NCBI GenBank assembly: GCA_963754925.1
Contig: CAVWHX010000004.1
Coordinates: forward strand, 288,001 to 352,000
Length of the DNA: 64,000 nt
Direction: 5' to 3'
DNA from: an uncultured delta proteobacterium
GTDB lineage: Bacteria > Myxococcota > B64-G9
Under the pieces are notes generated by a model that was given only the letters and a program-made list of their open reading frames with translations, was not told the DNA's origin and searched no databases. Position 1 is the stretch's first letter; the number at the start of each line of letters is the position of its first letter. The translations under genes were made by a program, and so were the position numbers. Below, in pieces: positions 43,667 through 53,501 of this stretch.

Positions 43667-45554
43667 TTGTCCTTCACACGCTCCACCTCTATAATGTCGG
43701 CCGTGCGGAGAATACAGAGCAAACCGTTTTTTGCCGGTATATGGCTTTCAAGTCTCTTTAATATAACCATGGCCGGTTTACTAACCCTGGTCTCCTTCCT
43801 TGACGTTCTGGTCGCTCCCATCGGAAAGTGGCAGGTCGATCAGGTGGCCCCAACCACGTACCGCACCCAGACCGCGCGGGACGTGGAGTCGAGTGAGCCG
43901 TTTTCCTTTCTTAACGACCACGGTAACTTCGATACGCGCTTTATCATAAAACGTGGTGAAAAAATCAAACACGAAACTCTGGGAAACCTCCGGCTGCTCT
44001 TACCTGATCGGCTGCAATTCGATCCCAAACGCGCCGGAGGTGTATGGGCGTTTTACTTTGTGGCGTTGACCTTTTTTTCGATTGCGCTGCGCCGCGCCAA
44101 AATCCATCTTTGCATGCGCTTCAGGGCGGTTTCATCGCTCTATTTGGCCTTGTTGGTTTCAATGGTTGCCGCTCGGTTGTTGCTCGACAAGACCGCCCTC
44201 AGCCCGTATGCGGCCCCCGTTTCGTTCGCGGCGGTTCTTTTGGGTTCTCAACTCGGCCAGACACTCGGGTTGGTATTGCACCTCCTGGCGGTGGTATTGA
44301 TCGCACAGCTCGATCGCTTTATGCCGGGAATGATCTTGATTCCACTGGCGTGTGGTTGGTCGGCGGTATTGGTGCTTAAACGTGAAAGCGGACCTCTACG
44401 CATGGTTTTGGCGAGCATCATTGGAGCGTTCACCGGTGGGTTGTTCATGTTGGGTCTCGATCTATTCAGTCCTCAGAGTTTTGACCTTCGGTTGCATTTC
44501 CAAAGCGACTTCATTGGATTACTCAGTGGTAACGTCGCGGCAGGGGTACTTGCGGCTCTCCTTTCCTATCCGGCTATCGCACTCTTTGGCAATGTCCCGA
44601 GGCTTAAACTCACCCGACTGATGGATCTTGATCATCCATTGCTCATCGAACTCTCGGAGAAGGCGCCCGGTACGTTCCAGCATGTGATGGCGGTCGCCAA
44701 TATGGCTGAAAAGGTTTCGCACGACATCGGCGTTGATGATCAGCTCGTGCGTGTTGGGGTGTATTATCACGACATTGGTAAAATGCAACAACCTGAGTAT
44801 TTTACGGAAAACCAGCAAGGGGACAACCCCCACGATCGGCTCAATCCCGAGGTCAGCGCTGAAATTATCCGCAATCATGTACGCGACGGAGTAACCATCG
44901 CCCGTGGTGCGGTTCTACCTCAGCGAATCATAGACTTTATCGTCGAACACCACGGCAATTCAACCATGGACTACTTTATCGACAAGGCCGCTCGCAGCGG
45001 GTCTCCGTTTGACCCTCGAGCCTTTGAGTACCATGGCCGCAACCCCACCAGCAAAGAGACCGGTATCCTGCTGATAGTTGACGCAATCGAGGCAGCCTCA
45101 CGAAGTTTAAAAAGCCCGGATCACCGTCAGGTCGAAGAGTTGGTGCGGCGAATCGATTCTTAACAAGCTCCTGCAGGGTCACCTCGATGACTCAGGCCTC
45201 ACCACCAAGGACCTCAAGCAGATTGGTCTAACCTTGGTGAAGTATTTGGAAGCCCACTTTCACGTGCGCGTTGAGTACCCCTGGCAACGACAGGCTGAAA
45301 TCAACACGCCCATTCCAACTCAGCCGGCGCTACGCGTTGCCCATCCCGTGGTTTCAAACCCGGTCAGTTCTCAGCCGGCAATATCCAATCTACCAATTGC
45401 ACCGTCAGGAGCCTCGCTCACACCCCCGCCAATCAACCTTACACCCATACCGCCGAACAACAGCCAACCGACCGTTTCGCCGCCGAACGAATTCGGTTTT
45501 GAGCGTAACGCGCCGATATCCAGAAACAGCAACAGTTCGTATCGTGGCAAATAG
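43667..45554 (+). CDS. 7TM-HDIG phosphohydrolase (PgpH-like); extra base at ~45156
   Basis: TM block, then HPLL...APGTFQH, YYHDIGK, YFTENQ, EHHG and DAIEAASR. The corrected C-terminus contains LDDSGLT...HVRVEYP. Confidence 0.88.
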
Positions 45555-45586
45555 GCGGGAGCTCGATCCGGTTGAACCCGGCTGAT

Positions 45587-46048
45587 CTATTTTTCACGGC
45601 GCTGCGCCGCTCGCTGCTCGTCGCGTTGGCGAATACTTTCACGTTTGTCGTATTTCCTTTTCCCGCGCGCCAACCCGAGCTCGACCTTGGCCCTGTTGCG
45701 CTCGTTAAAATATATAGACAGCGCCACCAGGGCCAAACCGCGCTGATCAATCTTGAACTGCAGCTTGCTAATTTGTTTGGCATGCAACAGCAATTTACGT
45801 TTGCGCAGCGGGTTATGGTTGAAATACGGAGCATTCGGCCATGGCGCTATGTGCAGGTTGACCAGATAGGCCTCACCGGTCTCGATCACCGCGTAGGCGT
45901 CCGCAAGATTGGCCCGGCCGTCTCGCAACGATTTCACTTCGCTGCCCTGGAGTACCAAACCGGCCTCGACACGCTCGAGAATAAAGTAATCGTGCAGTGC
46001 GCGCCTATTCTGGCACACAATCGTGCGAGTCTGATCGTCCCGTTTCAT
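45587..46048 (-). CDS. smpB: SsrA-binding protein SmpB
   Basis: NRRALHDY, EAGLVLQGSEVKSLR, RKLLLH and GKRKYDKRE motifs. Confidence 0.97.
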   Translation of the reverse strand: MKRDDQTRTIVCQNRRALHDYFILERVEAGLVLQGSEVKSLRDGRANLADAYAVIETGEAYLVNLHIAPWPNAPYFNHNPLRKRKLLLHAKQISKLQFKIDQRGLALVALSIYFNERNRAKVELGLARGKRKYDKRESIRQRDEQRAAQRREK

Positions 46049-46254
46049 GGTGCCATTGGCTTTTATAACGCACTTTCCGTTTGAAAGCGCCAGGTACCGC
46101 TTGCCTCCCCGTCGCAATACAGGGGTAAAGCTCAGTTTGCTACCATACACTATATGTGGTATAAAAAACATATCCTTGTTAAGCGCGTTGATAGTACCTA
46201 TCGTCGGCTTAACGTCGCGTTGGGGGAATAAAAGAATCTTTGTCAGTGTTCTTT

Positions 46255-46283
46255 TTGACAACAGGCGGCAAGTTAGGCATACT
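46255..46283 (+). promoter_or_regulatory. sigma70-type promoter
   Basis: TTGACA-17 bp-CATACT upstream of the TPR gene. Confidence 0.55.
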
Positions 46284-46323
46284 ATGCCGGAAGCAAAAAA
46301 ACGCAGCATTCAGGGAGCGCGGT

Positions 46324-47142
46324 TTGGTTATTCAGCACTCAGCAGATGTGTTAGTAGCCGAAGAGCCTTTATATTCCGGGCTCAATGAGTATGAAAAAGC
46401 CAGACAGGCGGTGAGCGCTGAGATTTCCCTTTGCGAGCGGACACTTGGCCAAAACCACAATCAGCTCATAAACCTTTTGCGCAAGCTCTCCAAAATCGAA
46501 CGGTCACAACAACATTATTCTCAAGCTGAGAACCTCTTATCCCGGGCAATATCCATCGGCGAACGCCATTGTGGTTCCGATCACCCCGAGGTCGCGGTGA
46601 TCCTCTACGATCTCTCGGATTTATACTGCAGGCAGAGACGATTTGGTGAGGCAGAATGGCTGCTGCGTCGGGTACTGGCCTGCCTTGAACAAGCGCTGGG
46701 TAAAAATCACGCTCTCCTCGCACGAGTGTTGAATAATCTGGCAGGTGTCTGCGATAAACGCGGCAAGCATGACGAGGCTGAGCTTTACTGCCGGCGAGCC
46801 TTCGCCCTTGTCCACGCTCAGGCCGAGAACGAAGCTCCTGGGTCCGCCAGCGCACCCTTCCAGGCAAAGGGACTCCCGTACGTCAACAACCGCTACAAGG
46901 ATGCCGAATTGATTTTTCGTCAGGCCTTCGCCGCAAGCGAAGAAATCGTCACCGTCAAAAGCCCAGAGCCTTCAGCCGGCCCGAACAAGGTATCTGAGCC
47001 CGGGCGACTCATTGAGCAGCCCACCCACGATGACGCGCTCTCCCCACAGGTCATGGAGGTTTTTGAAAACCTGCTCGACCCCCAAAACCCGGACATGCCG
47101 ATCCACCTCGATAACTTTGCTCTTATTTGGAATGTTGATTAG
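46324..47142 (+). CDS. TPR protein (kinesin-light-chain-like repeats); start uncertain
   Basis: GSDHPEVAVILYDLS and GKNHALLARVLNNLA repeats. TTG 46324 follows GGGAG. Confidence 0.75.
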   Translation: MVIQHSADVLVAEEPLYSGLNEYEKARQAVSAEISLCERTLGQNHNQLINLLRKLSKIERSQQHYSQAENLLSRAISIGERHCGSDHPEVAVILYDLSDLYCRQRRFGEAEWLLRRVLACLEQALGKNHALLARVLNNLAGVCDKRGKHDEAELYCRRAFALVHAQAENEAPGSASAPFQAKGLPYVNNRYKDAELIFRQAFAASEEIVTVKSPEPSAGPNKVSEPGRLIEQPTHDDALSPQVMEVFENLLDPQNPDMPIHLDNFALIWNVD

Positions 47143-47147
47143 TCGCG

Positions 47148-47193
47148 CCGTCATCGCGGCACACTTCTATTGTTCAGTGTGTTGCGAATGACG
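47148..47193. terminator. Intergenic hairpin between convergent genes
   Basis: CGTCATCGCGGCACACT...AGTGTGTTGCGAATGACG imperfect inverted repeat. Confidence 0.45.
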
Positions 47194-47222
47194 ACCGGGG
47201 ATCTTTGGAACGATTTCTAATC

Positions 47223-47276
47223 CCCTAACGGGGATAAGAGGCTGTAACGCTCACTTCGTTCGCTAACAGCCTCTAA
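47223..47276. repeat. Palindromic dispersed element, family A, copy 1
   Basis: GGATAAGAGGCTGTAACGCTCACTT...TAACAGCCTCTAA, homologous to the reverse complement of 57673-57725. Confidence 0.65.
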
Positions 47277-47761
47277 TTGAAAATGTCCTCTAGTTCCTTT
47301 TCGACGACCTTTTCCCCAACGTTGCGCGCTACACTAATCTCCTTGATGAGCAGGCCACGGGCAGTGTCAAGCATCTTGCGCTCGCCAAAGCTTAAATCCT
47401 TGTCGAACTTGAGCAAGTAAAGATCCCGGAGCACTTCGGCAATGTCAAAAATGGAGCCGGTCTTAATCTTTTCCATGTATTCACGGTATCGTCTATTCCA
47501 CGTTTGGCTTTTTACCGTGATACCCTTTTCCTTCAATATTTTGTAAACATCTTTGACCCTATTTTTAGGTATAACCTCTCGAAGACCGACTGAGCCTACC
47601 TTATCGGTTGGGATCATTATTTTCATGCCGTTGTCGAGGATCTTGAGTACGTAGACATTTTGATTATGGCCCAAAATCTCCCGGCGCTCGATGGCTGTTA
47701 CCTCCCCCACTCCGTGGGCGGGGTAAACTGCCTTATCTCCAATGCTGAAATTAGACTGCAT
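47273..47761 (-). CDS. cdnL: CarD/CdnL family RNA-polymerase-binding regulator
   Basis: FSIGDKAVYPAHGVG, GLREVI, TWNRRYREYMEKIKTG and LSFGERKMLDTAR motifs; no HMGA tail. Confidence 0.9.
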   Translation of the reverse strand: MQSNFSIGDKAVYPAHGVGEVTAIERREILGHNQNVYVLKILDNGMKIMIPTDKVGSVGLREVIPKNRVKDVYKILKEKGITVKSQTWNRRYREYMEKIKTGSIFDIAEVLRDLYLLKFDKDLSFGERKMLDTARGLLIKEISVARNVGEKVVEKELEDIFN

Positions 47762-47811
47762 ATGATCTCCTCTGGCATGTAGTTGTCATGCACACACCAT
47801 TAACCATGGGT

Positions 47812-47841
47812 ACGATACCACTCCGACTGCTTCAAAGTCAA
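47812..47841 (-). promoter_or_regulatory. sigma70-type promoter of cdnL
   Basis: TTGACT-18 bp-TATCGT with an extended -10 TG on the minus strand. Confidence 0.45.
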
Positions 47842-47963
47842 TGAAAAAAGCCGTAATCAGTGAAAAAAAGACAAAATGTTCATACCCGCTTGACAACATT
47901 GATTAAAAAATTAGGTGTTAACCGGCTGGATAAAAATTAAATTGGCTTGTGTCGATTAGTCGA

Positions 47964-47979
47964 TTGACATTATAGTCAA
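47964..47979. promoter_or_regulatory. Palindromic operator-like site upstream of the TolC gene
   Basis: TTGAC-ATTATA-GTCAA. Confidence 0.4.
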
Positions 47980-48032
47980 AAAACTTCCAACCATTTTTTT
48001 GGGTGAGAGAAGTTCCCCTAAGGAGCAAACGC

Positions 48033-49538
48033 ATGTCACCACGGCCAACGACCTGTATTCTTGTTTTACTATTGGCAAGCCGGATCACCTACGCTGAAGA
48101 GCCTGCCGGCGGCCCCCCCCCCCTCAGCATCGCCGAGGCTAAGGCGCTTGCAAAAAAGAACAACACCTCCCTGCAATCGCTTCGCGAAAAACTCGTGCAG
48201 GCCAACATTCAAATCGACAAGGCTTGGGTTATGTACAAACCCCAGTGGAATGCGGGGGCGTCTTACGTACACTACAACGAAGGAGTATCTTTCAATACTG
48301 GAGAGCTTGTCCAACCCATTGTGCCTTATTTGAATAACTTTAACACTGATATTCTAAAGCTATATCCAGACGTATTGATTCAGAAACAAGATACCTTCGC
48401 CGCCCAGACCTCTATCACGCAACCGATTTTTTTGGCGCGCGCCTTCACCACGATTAAATCGGCCTACAAAGGTTACGATCTTGCCAAATTGACCACCGAA
48501 AACGCCGAGGACTATCTCCTCAATAACGTCGAGCTTGCTTTCTACGGTGCCTTGACCGCTCAGAAGTTCGTCGCCATTGCAGAAGAATCAGTGCAGATCC
48601 GTAAAGAACACCTTCGGGATGCTACCTCCAAGTTTGAGGTCGGCGACTCCACCAAGTTCAATGTTCTAAGGGCCGAGATCGACGCCAACAACGCCGAGGA
48701 GGACCTCAAACGCGCCCAGAATTCTCTATCAATCGCCAAGGAGATCGTCCGATTGCTGTGCGGTATGAACAAAGAGGAATTCTCCCTGGTCGAGCCCGAG
48801 CCGCTCAAGCCGCCCCAGGAAGATGTAGATGCCTTTATCAATCGCGCGCTCACCACGCGGCGCGACCTGCGGTCGGCTCGATTGTCTTTGGAGCTCGGCG
48901 AGCTTGCGAACAAAGACGCCTGGTTTCGGTTTCTTCCGACTCTGGGATTTACCGGAACGTTCAGTTGGGCAAACATAAAAGGTTTTTCGGACAAATATTA
49001 TACCTGGAACGTTATGTTCGGGCTGTCCGTCCCGTTGTATGACGGCGGTTTGCGGTACGCGTTCATCAACGAAGCGCACTCTCAAATCCGCGACGCCGAG
49101 ATACAAATCGAAGACACCACGCGCTCGATACGAAGCGAGATTCGGCAACTGTGGCTGACGATGGAAATGGCTTCGGCCAATTTGGAAAAGGCCCGGCAGT
49201 CGTCGGTCTTGGCCAAGGAACAGGTTGAACTGGCTCGATCGTCTTTCGAGGCCGGGGCGGTGACCAACCTCGAGGTGCTGGACGCCAACTCCACTCTTTT
49301 CATTTCGCGAATGAACGAGGCCCAGGAGGAGCTCAACCTCGAAGTGAGCATATTTAAGTTGTTCCAAGCGCTCACGACGTTCAACCCATCGGGCTCAACC
49401 ACCGCGAACGCCAGCACGACCGCCGTTTCCGGCGGCGGCGCGCCTACCAGCTTGAGCGGCGGCGCATCGAGCCCGACTATGAGCACAACCGGCGCCTCGC
49501 CGACCGGCGCCGGAGCGCCGTCAGGACCGGGAATGTAG
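48033..49538 (+). CDS. TolC family outer-membrane efflux protein
   Basis: Signal peptide, two OEP repeats (LSVPLYDGG; FEAGAVTNLEVLDA), low-complexity S/T/G tail. Confidence 0.9.
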   Translation: MSPRPTTCILVLLLASRITYAEEPAGGPPPLSIAEAKALAKKNNTSLQSLREKLVQANIQIDKAWVMYKPQWNAGASYVHYNEGVSFNTGELVQPIVPYLNNFNTDILKLYPDVLIQKQDTFAAQTSITQPIFLARAFTTIKSAYKGYDLAKLTTENAEDYLLNNVELAFYGALTAQKFVAIAEESVQIRKEHLRDATSKFEVGDSTKFNVLRAEIDANNAEEDLKRAQNSLSIAKEIVRLLCGMNKEEFSLVEPEPLKPPQEDVDAFINRALTTRRDLRSARLSLELGELANKDAWFRFLPTLGFTGTFSWANIKGFSDKYYTWNVMFGLSVPLYDGGLRYAFINEAHSQIRDAEIQIEDTTRSIRSEIRQLWLTMEMASANLEKARQSSVLAKEQVELARSSFEAGAVTNLEVLDANSTLFISRMNEAQEELNLEVSIFKLFQALTTFNPSGSTTANASTTAVSGGGAPTSLSGGASSPTMSTTGASPTGAGAPSGPGM

Positions 49539-49558
49539 ACTAAGACATGGTTCGAGTT

Positions 49559-50517
49559 TCAAAAACCTAATGCACCGAGCGCCGCGGCCCCGAGAATTCC
49601 TCCGTCATCGCCTAAGGCGGTTGGTTTTATGGTTACGGCATCGCCGGCCACTTCCAACACGAGGTCCCGAAAGATTTGCTCGGTCCGCGCCTGCAATGAC
49701 GGACATCCTTTAAGTACGGTCCCGCCCAAGACGAGCAGCGCCGGGTTAATCGTGGTGACCGCGTTTGCCAACGCCATCCCGAACAACTGAGCCAGCTCGT
49801 CCCAAAGTCCTCGCGCTCGCGCATCACCTTCTTGAACAAGCTCCTCGACGAAACCAGGATGGATGCACGCCGGATTATTTCCAGCTTTATGCAATAAGGA
49901 CGACCAGTTGCAAGCTTCTCGCTGGAGGTGCTTGCTCAGATTGCCTCCGCCAAGGTACGCCTCAAGGCACCCGTGTCTACCGCAGCCGCACGGCTCTCCA
50001 CCGATACGCACTTTGACATGGCCAAGCTCCGCCGCCACGCCCGTGGCGCCGTGATAGAGTCTCCCGTCCAGGATTAATCCCGCCCCCACCCCGGTTCCGA
50101 CGCAGACAACCAGGACATCTTTCTGCCCGCGGGCGGCGCCAAAACAAAACTCTCCCCAGGCAATCGCCTCCACGTCATTGACCACCCGGATGGGCCGAGC
50201 CAAGGCCGCCGAGAGCATGCGGCCGAACGGCACCTCGCGCCAGCCCAGGTTGGGCCCATTCGCCACAACGCCGCTCGTACCTCGGAGTTGGCCTGCTACC
50301 CCCACCCCCACTCCCTTAACGTCGATAGGGAAAGCTGCGCATCCGCAATCGCCCTCGCAATCGTGTCGCGCGTGAGCGCCACCACAGCCTCGGGAGAACG
50401 ATCTTCGGCCAGCAGCGCGCGCGCCGCCGCCCGAATCTGGCCTTGCTCGTCCACGACCGCTGCGCGAACATTGGTTCCGCCCAGATCAACACCGACTCTA
50501 TAATCCGGAGCCGCCAT
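49559..50517 (-). CDS. ROK family kinase (glucokinase-like); one base missing at ~50315
   Basis: GVDLGGTN, GVGVAG, VNDVEA, VGTGVGAG, ELGH and CGCGRHGCLEAY motifs. Confidence 0.9.
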
Positions 50518-50534
50518 TATGCTCTTCTCTCACC

Positions 50535-51614
50535 TTAGAGGCTTTTCTCCCATTTGCGCTTGCGCATTTCATCACCCAGCGCACGCACGCGCTGAGCCTG
50601 ATCCTTTGGGCAAACCAGTATCGCGTCGGGAGTTTCAACGACGATCATATTTTGTAAACCGATACAGGCCACTAAACGTTTCTCGGCGCGCAGCACGCAA
50701 CCCTGCGAGTCCTGGGCAATGACCCGGCCGGTAATCACATTGCCGACTTTATCCTGCGGCAACACCTCGGATAGACTGGCCCAACTGCCGACATCGCTCC
50801 AAAAGAACTCACTGGGCACCATACGGATATTGGTGCATCGCTCCATGATGCCGTGGTCAATCGAAATGCCCTCAATGCTCGTAAAAACCCTCCGCACCAC
50901 TCGATCACTTGCGCCACGCGGTGTTGCATAGATCTCCTGTAATCCATCGGAGAGCTTTGGCAAATATGCGGCGATAGCCTCGAGAATGCTCTTGGCCGAG
51001 AAGACAAACATACCTGAATTCCAGGAATAACAACCTGCCTGCAGATACTCCTCTGCGGTGGGGCGATCGGGTTTTTCAACAAAGTCCATGACTTCGAAAA
51101 CATCCGCTCCAGCCGCGGCACAGAGCGTATCGGCAATTTTTGCTCCGGTGTGAATATAGCCATACCCGGTTTCGGGCCTGGTTGGCGCGATTCCAATCGT
51201 TACCAACGCCCCCGTACGCGCAACTTTACACGCACTGCGCAGTTGCCTCCGGAAAGCCGCTGCGGGCCGGACGATGTGGTCCGAGGGCAATACGATGAGG
51301 ATTCCGTTGGGATCGACACGGCGTATCTCAACAGCCGCAAAACCAATTGCCGGAGCAGTGTTTTTCGAAACCGGCTCGAGCAGCAGGTTACTGGTTGGAA
51401 GCTCGGGGACAATCTTTTTTATCAACCGGCGGTATTTGGCGGAACTCGACACCCACAGCCGCGACCAGCCGCAGAGCGGCAAGACCCGCTCGATGGTCGT
51501 TCGCAGCATCGTCTGGGAACCTTCGATCGTCAGAAATTGCTTCGGCCTCGATTCTCGACTCGAAGGCCAGAAGCGGGTCCCTGATCCGCCTGCTAGAATC
51601 ACCGCATGGATCAT
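50535..51614 (-). CDS. manC: Mannose-1-phosphate guanylyltransferase
   Basis: VILAGGSGTRFWP, PKQF, NTAPAI, PSDH, PETGYGYI, FVEKP, WNSGMF and WSDVGSW motifs. Confidence 0.93.
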   Translation of the reverse strand: MIHAVILAGGSGTRFWPSSRESRPKQFLTIEGSQTMLRTTIERVLPLCGWSRLWVSSSAKYRRLIKKIVPELPTSNLLLEPVSKNTAPAIGFAAVEIRRVDPNGILIVLPSDHIVRPAAAFRRQLRSACKVARTGALVTIGIAPTRPETGYGYIHTGAKIADTLCAAAGADVFEVMDFVEKPDRPTAEEYLQAGCYSWNSGMFVFSAKSILEAIAAYLPKLSDGLQEIYATPRGASDRVVRRVFTSIEGISIDHGIMERCTNIRMVPSEFFWSDVGSWASLSEVLPQDKVGNVITGRVIAQDSQGCVLRAEKRLVACIGLQNMIVVETPDAILVCPKDQAQRVRALGDEMRKRKWEKSL

Positions 51615-52219
51615 TTCCGCACCTCGTGATTGAGGGTAACCGCGCCCGTCGCCTCGACCAACTGCCGTGCGATACGGGCAGTGGCACCCCAAATGGTGTG
51701 TTGTTCAAACTGATAGTAATCCACGTCAAGCATTCGATCCGCAATCTGGATGTGCTCCCGGCGGTGGTGCTGACCTTCAGAGAATAGCGCCCATGGCACA
51801 AACAGCAACTCGCGCACCTCGAACGGATTTGACTTAAAGGTGTACGGGAACGGTATGCGGCCGACCACCGGACTGATCCGATACCCGCTCATGGTAAACG
51901 TGTCTTCCATTTGGCCAAGGATCTCAACGTCACCGGGCAGGAGGCCAATTTCCTCATGGGATTCACGTAACGCGGTAGCCACCAGATCCGCGTCCCCCGG
52001 TTCCATCCCCCCGCCGGGAAAAGAGATCTGGTTTTTGTGGGCGAACACCTGATCGGTCCGGTGGGTCATAAGGAAATAGAGTTCATCCTCCTTAAGAAAC
52101 AGCGGCACGAGCACCGCCGCCGGGTTGAGGCTTTCTGAAATACCAAGCTCATTAATCAGCATGGGCCCCATGTTCCCCGGAACCGTCAAAGCCTGTCGAA
52201 TGCGCTCAAACACAGTCAT
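51611..52219 (-). CDS. Nudix CoA pyrophosphatase (NudL-like)
   Basis: AAVLVP, QISFPGG, TALRESHEEIG and IWGATARI motifs. Confidence 0.92.
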   Translation of the reverse strand: MTVFERIRQALTVPGNMGPMLINELGISESLNPAAVLVPLFLKEDELYFLMTHRTDQVFAHKNQISFPGGGMEPGDADLVATALRESHEEIGLLPGDVEILGQMEDTFTMSGYRISPVVGRIPFPYTFKSNPFEVRELLFVPWALFSEGQHHRREHIQIADRMLDVDYYQFEQHTIWGATARIARQLVEATGAVTLNHEVRK

Positions 52220-52439
52220 CAGCTTTGCCTATACCATGCACCACTCCCGGCATTCAAGGGGCAGCTACCAATTTCAAAAAGTTAAGCAATCGCTTGTTGC
52301 ATACGCTCGTATCGTGTATCTTTCTTTGAGCAACACCATGAAAGAAGGTCGCGCGAATGGTTGAGTTTGATCCCGCCGCCGCCGCCGCGCCAGGAGGGAC
52401 AACCATGGTAAATTTTGAGAGGATCGATCGAGCTTTCCG

Positions 52440-53501
52440 TCACGCATAACCTATAGTGACCGGCCAGGGCCGCGGGATTGACAGCATCTCATAGATCCGG
52501 ATGGCGAAACGATCGGTCATGCCCGCCAAGAAATCGCAAATGATGCGCTCGCGCTGGGGGCTGCGCTGCGGCAGCTTCTGGTCGGAGAGCAGGGTAAAGA
52601 CCTGCTCGTCTCGCTGAAAGTACGCAAACAAATCGGAAAGCAGCTTATCGCACTTTTGAAACTCTCCATGCACTTCAGGGTTTTCATAGACCCGATCCCA
52701 GAGAAAAGAGCGCAGGTTTTTCAACGCTTCCTCCATACCAGAGCTCATGCGGATGTGCGGATCGCGGTCGAGTCGCGTGTTCGTCAGAACATCCGTTACC
52801 ATGCGGCCGATGCGCTGCGAGTGCGTTTGCCCGAGTTTTTTCAGCAGCCGTGCAGGAACGTCGCGCAACCGAAGCACGCCGCTGCGTAGCGCGTCATCGA
52901 GGTCATGATTGACGTAGGCGATGATGTCGGATACCCGCACCAATTGGCCTTCCAGGGTGCGGGGCAGACTGGCGGCGCCGTTGATGATTTTCCCCCGTCC
53001 CTTCGAGTGGCCGCCGATGCCGTCAATCACCTCGCGTGACAGGTTCAAGCCCCGCCCGTTGTTTTCAAGCTTCACCACGACGCGCACGCTTTGGATCTCG
53101 TGCCGAAATCCTCCCGGCATGAGCCTATCCAAAACCGCCTCCCCGGCGTGGCCGAACGGCGTATGGCCAAGATCGTGGCCCAGAGCAATCGCCTCGGTAA
53201 GATACTCGTTGAGGCGCAATCCCCGGCTGAGGGTGCGGGCGATCTGGCTTACCTCCAGGGTGTGCGTCAGCCGCGTTCGGTAGTGATCGCCCTGGGGCGA
53301 AAGAAACACCTGGGTCTTGTGCAGCAGACGCCGAAACGATTTGCAGTGCAGGATGCGATCGCGGTCGCGCTGAAACGCCGGGCGAACCGGGCACGGCCGC
53401 TCGGGGCGGGATCGCCCTCGACTCTGGTCCGAAAAAGCAGCTGATGGATGCAAGGTGGCGTGCTCCTGGCTCTCTAACATCTTGCGAATTAACGAACTCA
53501 T
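52440..53501 (-). CDS. dgt: Deoxyguanosinetriphosphate triphosphohydrolase
   Basis: FQRDRDRILH, KTQVF, RTRLTHTLEV, HDLGHTPFGHAGE and DFLAGMTD motifs. Confidence 0.95.
   Translation of the reverse strand: MSSLIRKMLESQEHATLHPSAAFSDQSRGRSRPERPCPVRPAFQRDRDRILHCKSFRRLLHKTQVFLSPQGDHYRTRLTHTLEVSQIARTLSRGLRLNEYLTEAIALGHDLGHTPFGHAGEAVLDRLMPGGFRHEIQSVRVVVKLENNGRGLNLSREVIDGIGGHSKGRGKIINGAASLPRTLEGQLVRVSDIIAYVNHDLDDALRSGVLRLRDVPARLLKKLGQTHSQRIGRMVTDVLTNTRLDRDPHIRMSSGMEEALKNLRSFLWDRVYENPEVHGEFQKCDKLLSDLFAYFQRDEQVFTLLSDQKLPQRSPQRERIICDFLAGMTDRFAIRIYEMLSIPRPWPVTIGYA

Noticed and set aside
46049..46250. tmRNA near smpB
   Set aside because: No tRNA-like tmRNA ends are evident.
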